Below are positions 29,766 to 38,514 of a DNA stretch of 64,000 nucleotides, one piece after another (the stretch's first letter is position 1; each line of letters begins with the position of its first letter). The notes under the pieces were generated by a model. That model was not told the origin of the DNA, ran no database searches, and saw only the letters and a list, made by a program, of their open reading frames with translations. The stretch comes from Longimicrobiales bacterium (lineage in GTDB: Bacteria; Gemmatimonadota; Gemmatimonadetes; Longimicrobiales; Gaopeijiaceae). The stretch covers positions 1,600,001-1,664,000 of the forward strand of contig OZ220732.1 of the NCBI GenBank assembly GCA_965116905.1, in the 5' to 3' direction. The position numbers and the translations under genes are program-made.

Positions 29766-30959
29766 TTGACCAACGACCGCGAATACCGCCGGACCCACCC
29801 CTGGATCAGCTTCCGCCACCACCTGGAACGCGCCGATCCGCTCCACTGGGCGTTGCTCGGCGAGGCGGCCGCGAGGTGCGATCAGATCGCTAAGGCAGTC
29901 CTTCCGCCTGCTGACGCCCGCGAGCTGCACCGGGTCTACCTGGTCAAGGGGGCTCGCGCCACGACCGCGATCGAGGGGAACACGCTCAGCGAGGAACAGA
30001 TCGCGGCCCACCTGGAGGGGCGCTTGGAGCTCCCGCCTTCCCGGGAATACCTGCAGCGGGAGGTCGGCAACGTCCTCACGGCCGTCAATGACATCTTTGG
30101 CGAGATCGTGGCTGGCCGCCCGCCGGAGCTGACGCCGGACTGGATTGCCGGAGCGAATCGGCGTCTGCTTGCGGGTCTTGAGGAGCATGTCGAGGAGGGT
30201 GTGGTTCCGGGCGAGATACCGACACATCCCGTGGGAGTCCTGCGGTACCGGGGTGCCCCCAGAGCGGACTGTGGCTTCCTGCTCGACCGGCTCTGCGGAT
30301 GGCTCGAGGGCGACGATTGGCCGGTTCGCCCGGACCGGCACGAAGACCGGATCGCGTCCGCTATCCTCCGCGCCGTCTTCGTTCACCTCTATATCGCCTG
30401 GATCCACCCCTTCGGGGACGGCAACGGAAGGACCGCGCGGCTCGCCGAGTTCATGATCCTCGCGCGCGAGGGCGTGCCGTCGCCCTGTGCCCATCTTCTC
30501 AGCAACCACTACAACGTCACGCGGGCCGAATACTACCGGCAGCTCGATCGCTCCAGCCGGGCGAACTCCGGTCGTGGCGACCCGCTCGGCTTTCTGTGCT
30601 ACTCGTTGCAAGGGTTCGTCGACGGCCTGCGCCTGCAGAGCGAATCCATCGCGGGCGTCCAGCTAAGGCTGGCCTGGGAGCACTTCGTCTACGGTGAATT
30701 CCGACGGATTCCGTCGTCATCTGCCATGCGGCGCCGCCGCGAGGTCACCCTGGCGCTCGGCCTTGTCGATGCGTCCGTCCGAAAGCGGGCAATACCGGAC
30801 TTGAGCCCCGACCTGGCCAGACTCTATGCGGACAGGACCAGCAAGACGCTGACCCGGGACATGAACTGGCTGCTGAAACGGGGCTTCCTGGAGAAGGGAC
30901 AGGACGGCTACCGGGCGAAGGTGGAATCGATGCGCGCCTTCCAGCCCCCACGGGCATAG
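29766..30959 (+). CDS. Fic family protein (class II) with C-terminal wHTH
   Basis: TTAIEGNTL, HPFGDGNGRTAR, KTLTRDMNWL. Confidence 0.9.
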   Translation: MTNDREYRRTHPWISFRHHLERADPLHWALLGEAAARCDQIAKAVLPPADARELHRVYLVKGARATTAIEGNTLSEEQIAAHLEGRLELPPSREYLQREVGNVLTAVNDIFGEIVAGRPPELTPDWIAGANRRLLAGLEEHVEEGVVPGEIPTHPVGVLRYRGAPRADCGFLLDRLCGWLEGDDWPVRPDRHEDRIASAILRAVFVHLYIAWIHPFGDGNGRTARLAEFMILAREGVPSPCAHLLSNHYNVTRAEYYRQLDRSSRANSGRGDPLGFLCYSLQGFVDGLRLQSESIAGVQLRLAWEHFVYGEFRRIPSSSAMRRRREVTLALGLVDASVRKRAIPDLSPDLARLYADRTSKTLTRDMNWLLKRGFLEKGQDGYRAKVESMRAFQPPRA

Positions 30960-30968
30960 ATTCCACGA

Positions 30969-33900
30969 ATGCGACCCCGATTCCTGCGACTCCGATTCCT
31001 GCGACTCCGATTCCTGCGACTCCGATTCCTGCGACTCCGACGCCTCGGCCCGCTTCTGGCCGTGCCCGTTGCCATTGGCGTGTCAGCACTGCCGGCCGCA
31101 CCGCAAACGGTTACCTACCGGGTGACGTTCGAAGGCAACTGGACGCTGGCCAGCACGCCCGGCGGCGTCGTGGGCGGTGCGCACTTCACGACTCTGATCG
31201 GCGGCGTGCACGGGAGCGGTGTCACCTTCTGGCAACCCGGCCAACAAGCCAGCTCCGGTGTCGAGAATGTGGCGGAGCTGGGCGCCACGGGGACCTTCCG
31301 CAGCGAAGTCCAGCGCAGCTCGCACACGCGGTCCGTCATCGAGGAGGGCGTCTCCGGAGGCGGCACCGGCACTGCGTCGTTCACCATCGACGTCACGCCG
31401 GAGCATCCACAGGTGACGCTCCTGTCCATGATCGGTCCCAGTCCCGACTGGTTCGTCGGCGTGTCGGGCGAATCCCTGCTCGACGGCTCGGGGCAGTGGG
31501 TGCAGTCGCTGGTGGTGGACCTCTTTCCGTACGATGCCGGCACCGAGGACGGGACGGAGTTCTCGCTGTCCAACCCCGCCACGAGTCCGCAGGGCGTCAT
31601 TACGAGCATTGCGGGAACCGGCAAGTTCTCGAACGTGCGCATGGCCAGACTCACGTTCACCAGCCTGGAGCCTCCCCCTCCGTCCGGGCCCAGCGTGAGC
31701 CTGTCGGCCTCTCCGAATCCGGTGGACGAGGGGCACCCGGTGACGGTGACGGCGCGGCTGTCGCAGGCACTGTCGAGCAGCGTGACGATCCCGCTGGACC
31801 TGGCCTCCGGCACCGCCGAATCGGACGACTACGGCGACCTGGCGAGCATTACGGTGGCCGGTGGGCAGACCACCGGCTCGGGCACGATCTCCACGGGCGA
31901 GGACGTGGACAACGACGACGAAACGTTCACGGTGGCGCTGGGCGAGCTGCCGTCGGTGTTGACGGCGGGCGATCCGTCGTACGTCGAAGTGACGATCCGC
32001 GACTCGCGGGTCCCTCCGAACAATCCACCCACCGTGCGGGCGACCTGTGAGCCCTGCACGGTGCCGCGCGGTGGTGAGGTGCGGCTGAGGGCCGAAGCCT
32101 CGGATCCGGACGGCGACCCGATTACCTACAGCTGGGAGGCCCCGCGAGGGACGTTCACGGGTGCCACCGACAGGCAGAACGCGCGCTGGACGGCACCGGA
32201 CCGGATCGGGACGGTCGTCATCCGGGTCGAAGCCGCGGACAACCGGCGCGGGAGGGCGGTCGCGGAAGTGGCGATCAGAGTCGTGAACCGACCCCCGGTG
32301 TTCGGTCCGTCGCTTCGTTTCGTGATCGCCGAAAACCGCGACGGCAGCGGCACGCCCATAACCCTGGGCCGCGTTCGCGCGACCGATCCCGATGGGGACG
32401 ATTTCGAGCTCGCGCTGGCTTCGGACAACGACCGATTCATCCTCGATGCGGCGTCGGGGGCGCTGAGCTACATCGGCCCCGGCGAGGACTTCGAAACCGA
32501 GCCGAACCGCTACGCGCTGACCGTGACGGCGACGGATTCGCTGGGCGGCGAAGCGCAGGCCGAGGTCGTGGTGAGCGTGGCCAATGTGAACGAGCGCCCG
32601 GCGGCCATGGACGACACGCTGAGCGTGGCCGAGGACCGGAAAACGAGAGCGGATGTCCTGGCCAACGATGAGGATCCGGACCGCGGGGACCGGCTTCGCG
32701 TGATCGAGGCGGGCGCGCCCGCACACGGGCAGACGCGAATCGTCGACGCAGGGGCGGCCGTGCAGTACGCGCCGGACCCGAACTATCACGGCCCCGACCG
32801 CTTCACCTACGTCGTCGCCGACGCGGGCGGCCTTGCGGACACCGCGGCGGTCGAGGTCACGGTGACCCCGGTCAACGACGCGCCCGAAGCCACCGACGAC
32901 CAGGCCGCCACCCTGGAAGACGAGGCGGTCGAGATCCCCGTGCTCGACAACGACACCGACATCGACGGCGATCCGCTCAGCGTCCGCAGCGTCTCGTCGC
33001 CCGGGCATGGCGCTGCCGAGGTCACGGCGGACGGTACGGGCGTCTCATACGTCCCGGACCCGAACTACCACGGCCTCGACCGCTTCACCTACGTGGTCGC
33101 CGACGACGGCGGCCTCGCCGACACCGCGACGGTCGAGGTCACGGTGACCCCGGTCAACGACGCGCCCGAAGCCGCCGACGACCAGGCCACAACCCTGGAG
33201 GACGAGGCGATCGAGATCCCCGTGCTCGACAACGACACGGATCTCGATGGCGACCGCTTGCGCGTCCGGAGCGTTTCACCCCCCGAACATGGCGCTGCCG
33301 AGGTCGCAGCGGACGGCGCGAACGTCTCGTACGTCCCGGACCCGAACTACCACGGCCCCGACCGCTTCACCTACGTGGTCGCCGACCCGGACGGCCTCGC
33401 CGACACAGCCAGCGTGGACGTGACCGTGGTGCCGGTCAACGACGGGCCGACGGCGGTGGGGACGATCCCCGATCAGCTGCTGGACGAGGGCGCAGACGGA
33501 GTGACGGTGGAACTTACGCCCTTCTTCACCGACATCGACGGCGATCCGCTGGTCTTCAGTGCCGAAACCTCCAGCGCGGACATCGTCACCGCGACGGTGA
33601 GCGGGGCGTCGCTCGTCCTGCTTCCGGTCGTCTATGGAGACGCCACGGTCATCGTGACGGCCACGGACCCCGGCGGACTGGCCGCGACCCAGCGCGTGGC
33701 TGTTGGTGTTAGCGACCGGGCGGGACGAGCCGTCCTGAACGACGCATTCGCCGCCATGGCGCGGTCCTACCTTTCAAGCGCCCGCATGACGCTCGAACGA
33801 CGCGTCGCGCCCGGCACTCACCCGGGAAGTACCGATGCCGGCCGACAGTCGGGGCTGCGCGTCAACGGCCGAACCGTGGCGCTCCCGGATCTCCGGAACC

Positions 33901-35207
33901 TCCCGGACCTCCCGGACGGGCTCCGTGACGGGCACAGCTTCTGGGACGCGGCAACGCGGATCGTGGCCGGATGGCTGCCCGACCCCGGGAGCATGGCGGC
34001 GACGCCGAACGCGCCTCGGCTCGCAAACCCGCTGAACCGAATCCGACCTCCAGCCGCAATCTCCGCCACGGACTTCACCTTTGGCTGGCGAGGTCAGGCC
34101 GCCGACTCGGCACGCCCCGCAGTCGCGTGGTCGCTGTGGGGCCAGACGGACGTGCAGCGCTACGATGGCGGCAGCGCCGAGCTGGGGGCGGGGCCGGGCG
34201 GAATCTCCGGCGACTACGACGGCGACCTGCGCATCGGATACCTGGGGCTCGACGCCCGGCTTTCGGGTTGGCTCTTCGGCCTCGCGGTCGGCCGCAGCCG
34301 GGGCAGCGGCGACTGGAACGCCGGGACGGCGAGCGGCCGGCTGAGCACCTCCATGACGTCGGTTCATCCATACCTGCGCTGGTCCAGAGGGGCCACCGCA
34401 GTCTGGACGACATTCGGCGGGGGCAGCGGAGAGGCCCGCAACGAACGCGCCGCAACGGGCAAGGTCGGCACCAGCCCGCTGAGCCTTGCCATGGGACTCG
34501 TTGAAGTGCGGCGGCGGCTGGGACCGGTGGGCGGCCCCGTCGCGTTCGGACTCAGGGCCGACGCGGGATGGGCCAGCCTGTCGACCGGCGAGGGCACGGA
34601 GACGGTCGACGACCTGCGCGGCCGCGTGCACCAGGCCCGCCTCGGCCTTGACGTGCGAAGCGAGATGCGGGTCGGCGACGCGGGACTCGCCCCATTCGGC
34701 GCCGTGCACCTGCGCAATGATGGCGGCGACGGCCGGACCGGGCGCGGCGTGGAGCTGTCCGGCGGACTGCGTACGCAGATCGGCGTCGTCGGCCTTGACG
34801 TGCAGGGGCGATGGCTCGCCTTCCATTCGGCCACCAGCTACGGCGAAAGCGGCGCCGGCCTGACCCTGACGGTGGGCGGGCGCGAAGAGGAGGGATTCTC
34901 GCTGTCCGCGTCGCCTCATTGGGGCGGCCAGACCAGGGGCGGCTTCGCGCTCTGGCAGGACCGCCCGCCCGGCATGACGCCGGGACCCCCAGGCATGACG
35001 CCGGGCATGACGCCGACGCCGGGACCCGACATCCCCGCGGGCTGGACGATGGACGTGCGTGGCGCTTACAGGGCGCGGCTCGGGGGCCAACTGCTCGAAG
35101 TCGCCACCGTGTACGATCACGCGTCGGGCGCCCCACGCCTGCAACTGACGGGACGCATCGGCCTCGAACGCGCGAACCCGTTGGCTTCTCGCCGGCCACA
35201 CGGCTAG
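30969..35207 (+). CDS. Surface adhesin: Spondin_N + Calx-beta/Ig + cadherin-like + 3 Big_9 repeats + autotransporter-like beta-barrel
   Basis: MIGPSPDWFVGVSG, DLFPYDAGTEDG; ATDPDGD, DFET; three VNDAPEA.DD...PDPNYHG.DRFTY repeats; amphipathic beta C-terminus. Confidence 0.85.
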   Translation: MRPRFLRLRFLRLRFLRLRFLRLRRLGPLLAVPVAIGVSALPAAPQTVTYRVTFEGNWTLASTPGGVVGGAHFTTLIGGVHGSGVTFWQPGQQASSGVENVAELGATGTFRSEVQRSSHTRSVIEEGVSGGGTGTASFTIDVTPEHPQVTLLSMIGPSPDWFVGVSGESLLDGSGQWVQSLVVDLFPYDAGTEDGTEFSLSNPATSPQGVITSIAGTGKFSNVRMARLTFTSLEPPPPSGPSVSLSASPNPVDEGHPVTVTARLSQALSSSVTIPLDLASGTAESDDYGDLASITVAGGQTTGSGTISTGEDVDNDDETFTVALGELPSVLTAGDPSYVEVTIRDSRVPPNNPPTVRATCEPCTVPRGGEVRLRAEASDPDGDPITYSWEAPRGTFTGATDRQNARWTAPDRIGTVVIRVEAADNRRGRAVAEVAIRVVNRPPVFGPSLRFVIAENRDGSGTPITLGRVRATDPDGDDFELALASDNDRFILDAASGALSYIGPGEDFETEPNRYALTVTATDSLGGEAQAEVVVSVANVNERPAAMDDTLSVAEDRKTRADVLANDEDPDRGDRLRVIEAGAPAHGQTRIVDAGAAVQYAPDPNYHGPDRFTYVVADAGGLADTAAVEVTVTPVNDAPEATDDQAATLEDEAVEIPVLDNDTDIDGDPLSVRSVSSPGHGAAEVTADGTGVSYVPDPNYHGLDRFTYVVADDGGLADTATVEVTVTPVNDAPEAADDQATTLEDEAIEIPVLDNDTDLDGDRLRVRSVSPPEHGAAEVAADGANVSYVPDPNYHGPDRFTYVVADPDGLADTASVDVTVVPVNDGPTAVGTIPDQLLDEGADGVTVELTPFFTDIDGDPLVFSAETSSADIVTATVSGASLVLLPVVYGDATVIVTATDPGGLAATQRVAVGVSDRAGRAVLNDAFAAMARSYLSSARMTLERRVAPGTHPGSTDAGRQSGLRVNGRTVALPDLRNLPDLPDGLRDGHSFWDAATRIVAGWLPDPGSMAATPNAPRLANPLNRIRPPAAISATDFTFGWRGQAADSARPAVAWSLWGQTDVQRYDGGSAELGAGPGGISGDYDGDLRIGYLGLDARLSGWLFGLAVGRSRGSGDWNAGTASGRLSTSMTSVHPYLRWSRGATAVWTTFGGGSGEARNERAATGKVGTSPLSLAMGLVEVRRRLGPVGGPVAFGLRADAGWASLSTGEGTETVDDLRGRVHQARLGLDVRSEMRVGDAGLAPFGAVHLRNDGGDGRTGRGVELSGGLRTQIGVVGLDVQGRWLAFHSATSYGESGAGLTLTVGGREEEGFSLSASPHWGGQTRGGFALWQDRPPGMTPGPPGMTPGMTPTPGPDIPAGWTMDVRGAYRARLGGQLLEVATVYDHASGAPRLQLTGRIGLERANPLASRRPHG
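30978..31037 (+). repeat. 15-bp tandem repeat CGATTCCTGCGACTC x4 (encodes RFLRL)
   Basis: Four perfect copies read directly. Confidence 0.95.
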
Positions 35208-35216
35208 CATTCCGAC

Positions 35217-36143
35217 ATGAAGTGGATCACCGCGAGAGCCTGGCCCGGCCTCTGCATCCTGGGCCTCTCCATGACCGCCCCGGCGGCGGCCTCGGGCCAG
35301 ACCGTGTTCGCCTCCACGCAGTCGGCGACGTTGCCGACCGCGGCCCCCTCCGACGCCGGCGACATACTGGTCGAGATTTCCCACAGGTTCGGTCACCTGT
35401 CAGACGGCCCGAGCGATCTGTGGGGGCTGGATGGATTCGTACTGAATCGCCTTGGGCTGGCGTTCGCGCCCGCCGACGCCCTCACGATCGGGATTCTCCG
35501 GTCCAACAGCCTGGACAACACCGAGCTCAATGCGCGTTTCGCGGGACTGGGATTCGATGCCCCCACGGGCCTCATCGAGTTCGCCGCGCAAGCCGGGGTG
35601 GCGTGGAACCTGCAAGTCGATACGGACGACGGTCACGTGGGCCATCAGCACGTGATTCTGCTGGCCGACAAGGCGGGGACCGCCGATAACCCGCGGACCG
35701 CCGACAACGCGGGGACCGCCGACCGCGGCCGCGACGACACGGCTCAGGAAAACGAGATGCAGGCCTACGCCCAGGTGATCGCCAACGCGATGGTCGCCGG
35801 TCGCGTCGCGCTCGGTGTCGTGCCCACCCTCCTGTGGAATCCCCGGATTCAGGACGCCGACCCCGTGTCGACCGTTTCAGTCGGCGTCAACGGTCAGCTG
35901 TACCTCGACCGCACGTGGAGCGTATTTGGCGAGTGGATCTTCAGTCAGCCCAGGAAGGATCAGGAGTACGACTCCGGCTCGTTCGGCGTCGAAATCCGCA
36001 CACGCGGGCACTTCTTCAAGCTCCTGGTCACCAATCAACATCAGATGAACCCGACTCAGACCCTCGCCGGCGCCGCCGCCGATTTCCTCGACCCGGACTC
36101 CTGGCGCCTCGGCTTCAACATCCAGCGGCGAATGCGTTTCTGA
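35217..36143 (+). CDS. DUF5777-like outer-membrane beta-barrel protein
   Basis: ISHRFG, LWGLDG, TRGHFFKLLVTN, LGFNIQRRMRF; signal peptide. Confidence 0.75.
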   Translation: MKWITARAWPGLCILGLSMTAPAAASGQTVFASTQSATLPTAAPSDAGDILVEISHRFGHLSDGPSDLWGLDGFVLNRLGLAFAPADALTIGILRSNSLDNTELNARFAGLGFDAPTGLIEFAAQAGVAWNLQVDTDDGHVGHQHVILLADKAGTADNPRTADNAGTADRGRDDTAQENEMQAYAQVIANAMVAGRVALGVVPTLLWNPRIQDADPVSTVSVGVNGQLYLDRTWSVFGEWIFSQPRKDQEYDSGSFGVEIRTRGHFFKLLVTNQHQMNPTQTLAGAAADFLDPDSWRLGFNIQRRMRF

Positions 36144-36150
36144 TCGGCTA

Positions 36151-36236
36151 ACCGACAATCGGCGGGGTCTGTGACCGACAATCTGCGGGGCCTCCAACCG
36201 ACAATTGGCCGCTTCCCTGATCGACACATGGCCGCT
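36151..36236 (+). repeat. Four direct repeats with exact 23-bp period upstream of the ATPase
   Basis: ACCGACAAT at 36151, 36174 and 36197; ATCGACACA at 36220. Confidence 0.85.
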
Positions 36237-36247
36237 ACTTTTCGACC

Positions 36248-37498
36248 ATGCTCGATTCCCGCACGCTTTACCCGCGCCCACTGGCTTCGGTCCTCCACGA
36301 TGCCTTGGCCGACACACCCGTGATATGCCTCACCGGGCCGCGCCAGAGCGGCAAGACCACCCTGGTGCGCGCCTTGATGCCGGAGCGTCCCTATTTCAGT
36401 CTTGACCATCCTCCATATCTCTCCGCCGCCAAAGCGGATCCCGCGGGTTTCGTCGCTGCGCTCCCCAGGGAGGTCACCATTGACGAGATCCAGCGTGCAC
36501 CGGAGTTGCTCCCCGCCATCAAGCTGTCGGTGGATCTTGATCGGCGTCCTGGCCGCTTCGTCCTGACCGGCTCGGCCAATCTTCTGCTGTTGCCCAAGGT
36601 CACGGAGTCGTTGGCCGGACGCATGGAGATCGCTCGCCTCATGCCACTTTGCGAGGCCGAGAAGGACCGTCGACCCGGGCTTTTCCTCGCCGACCTCCTG
36701 GCGGGAGCGGTCGCCCCCGCGTTGCGCGCCGGCGGACGGCTGCCGGACTCCGATGATCTCGCGCGCCGGCTGGTGGCCGGTGGATACCCGGAACCGCTGG
36801 CCCGCACTCCAGCTCGCGCACGCCAGTGGCATCGGCAATACGTGCGGAGCATTGTCGACCGCGATGTTCTGGACGTGGGAAGGGTGCGCGATGCCGATGG
36901 CGTCGCGCACCTGTTGCGTCTCCTGGCCGTGCGTAACGGTGAACTCCTCAACACCGCCGGCTTGTCACGCGAACTCGGCCTGCACCGAGCCACGGTCCGG
37001 GAGTACATCGCGGTGTTGGAACGACTGTTCCTGGTTCGACGCCTCCTGCCCTGGCACCGCAACGTCGGCAGGCGGCTGGTGAGGACACCGAAGATGCACA
37101 TGGTCGACAGTGGGCTCGCCGCCAGCCTGGCCGGGCTCGGGCCCGGAGACTGGATCGGAAAGCGGGATCGCATGGGGCATCTGCTGGAGTCCTTCGTAAC
37201 GCAGCAGCTGGTCACGTTGGCCGGATGGACCGACCCCGACCTCCGCTTCTGGCACTTTCGTGACAGGGATGGGCGGGAAGTCGACCTCGTTATGACTCTG
37301 GGCGCGCGCACGTGGGGCATCGAGGTGAAGGCGACGAGCACGCCGGGACGGTCCGCGGGACGAGGCCTGGCGCGCCTGGCGGCCCTTTGCGGAGACGATT
37401 TTGCAGGTGGCATCGTGCTGTACAACGGCCGCGACATTCTGCCGCTCGCAGGCGATAGGATGGTGGCCGTACCGTTGAGCGAGCTTTGGGAGCGGTAG
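36248..37498 (+). CDS. AAA_14 ATPase with wHTH and DUF4143 PD-(D/E)XK domain
   Basis: GPRQSGKTT, IDEIQR, LTGSA, ESLAGR, GGYPE, EVDLV...IEVK. Confidence 0.92.
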   Translation: MLDSRTLYPRPLASVLHDALADTPVICLTGPRQSGKTTLVRALMPERPYFSLDHPPYLSAAKADPAGFVAALPREVTIDEIQRAPELLPAIKLSVDLDRRPGRFVLTGSANLLLLPKVTESLAGRMEIARLMPLCEAEKDRRPGLFLADLLAGAVAPALRAGGRLPDSDDLARRLVAGGYPEPLARTPARARQWHRQYVRSIVDRDVLDVGRVRDADGVAHLLRLLAVRNGELLNTAGLSRELGLHRATVREYIAVLERLFLVRRLLPWHRNVGRRLVRTPKMHMVDSGLAASLAGLGPGDWIGKRDRMGHLLESFVTQQLVTLAGWTDPDLRFWHFRDRDGREVDLVMTLGARTWGIEVKATSTPGRSAGRGLARLAALCGDDFAGGIVLYNGRDILPLAGDRMVAVPLSELWER

Positions 37499-37564
37499 CC
37501 GCCACTGCTGCCACCAGCCGTGCCCTCGATGTCGTCCTGGCCGCCCGACCCGGCGCCCAGCCCT

Positions 37565-37589
37565 TGTCCAAAACGGCGGGTTTTGGACA
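37565..37589. promoter_or_regulatory. Perfect palindrome TGTCCAAAAC-N5-GTTTTGGACA
   Basis: Read directly; lies upstream of the TM2 gene. Confidence 0.55.
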
Positions 37590-37634
37590 GATTCATCGGT
37601 CGGGAAAGCGGCATCACGGGGGGAGAGGGCCACC

Positions 37635-38228
37635 ATGAGCGAGAAACCAGGCGAACTCTCGGTCAACGTCAACGTCAATGTTCCGGCTGCGTCGCAGGCG
37701 GAGCATGCGCCCCCGTACTCGACGGGCCTCAGCTACGGACTGTGGTGCGCAGGACTGGCGGGCGCCTGCGGGATCCACCGCCTCTACCTGGGCAAGTTCG
37801 GCACGGGTGTGCTTTGGCTGCTCACCTTCGGGCTGCTGGGCGTCGGCCAGGTCATCGACCTCCTCAGGATGAAGTCGCTGGTGAAGGACGCCAACATCCG
37901 TGAGGGACGCGTCCCGCATCCGTTCCAGTTGGCGCGCGCCGGGACGGCGGCCGGTGAAGCGGCGGTCGGGCAGGCGGCGATCGGTCCGGGCGAAGCGGGC
38001 CGCAGGCCTTCCCAACCCCTGAACCTGCGCCAGCAGCTGCTGAAAGCCGCGATGGGCAACGGTGGGGAGATCACGGTGAGCCAGGGCGTGATGGCGACCG
38101 GCCGCTCGTTCGAGGAAATCGAGAGCGTGCTGAACAAGATGGCCGACAAGGGGTATGTGGATGTGGACAACGCGCCCGGCACGGGTGTCGTCGTCTATCG
38201 GTTTCCCGAGCTGGTGACCCGGCCATGA
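37635..38228 (+). CDS. TM2 domain protein with C-terminal wHTH-like domain
   Basis: GIHRLYLGKFGTGVLWLLTFGLLGVGQVIDL; GGEITVSQGVMATG...VYRFPEL. Confidence 0.85.
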   Translation: MSEKPGELSVNVNVNVPAASQAEHAPPYSTGLSYGLWCAGLAGACGIHRLYLGKFGTGVLWLLTFGLLGVGQVIDLLRMKSLVKDANIREGRVPHPFQLARAGTAAGEAAVGQAAIGPGEAGRRPSQPLNLRQQLLKAAMGNGGEITVSQGVMATGRSFEEIESVLNKMADKGYVDVDNAPGTGVVVYRFPELVTRP

Positions 38229-38341
38229 TCCACGCATCCGACATTCGAGCCCTCTTCTCCGACGGCTCCCGTTTCGCCCGCGGCGCGACCTGCGCCTGTA
38301 TGTGTCGGCCGCCATGCGCCGACCGGGTCAGGTTGTGTTGA
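38225..38341 (+). CDS. Putative Cys-rich attenuator leader peptide (38 aa)
   Basis: MIHASDIRALFSDGSRFARGATCACMCRPPCADRVRLC*; 5 Cys; followed by an intrinsic terminator. Confidence 0.65.
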   Translation: MIHASDIRALFSDGSRFARGATCACMCRPPCADRVRLC

Positions 38342-38374
38342 TGCGCTGAGCCTCACGCAGGCAAACCGCTTCCC

Positions 38375-38409
38375 AAGCCGCCCCGGTCGTTCGATCCGGG
38401 CGGCTTTTT
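38375..38409 (+). terminator. Intrinsic terminator/attenuator hairpin
   Basis: AAGCCGCCCCGG-loop-CCGGGCGGCTT followed by a T run. Confidence 0.8.
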
Positions 38410-38434
38410 CGTGCCCGCGTCGCGCTTTCCTCCA

Positions 38435-38506
38435 CCCCTCTCCAACACGAGACCCCTCTCCAACACGAGACCCCTCTCCAACACGAGGCCCCTCTCCAAC
38501 ACGAGG
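38435..38506 (+). repeat. 18-bp tandem repeat CCCCTCTCCAACACGAGR x4
   Basis: Four contiguous copies; the last supplies the GAGG RBS. Confidence 0.95.
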
Positions 38507-38514
38507 CAATAGAC

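Noticed and set aside
32765..33440. Approximately 290-bp internal direct repeats
   Set aside because: Ordinary tandem Ig-like (Big_9) domains of the adhesin
38225..38341. Peptide as a graspetide RiPP precursor for the ATP-grasp enzyme
   Set aside because: No repeated Thr/Ser/Lys-Asp/Glu core; the terminator geometry fits attenuation better, though this is not fully excluded
38435..38506. Tandem repeats (also 30978-31037) as a CRISPR array
   Set aside because: Units are contiguous with no unique spacers, and no cas genes are present
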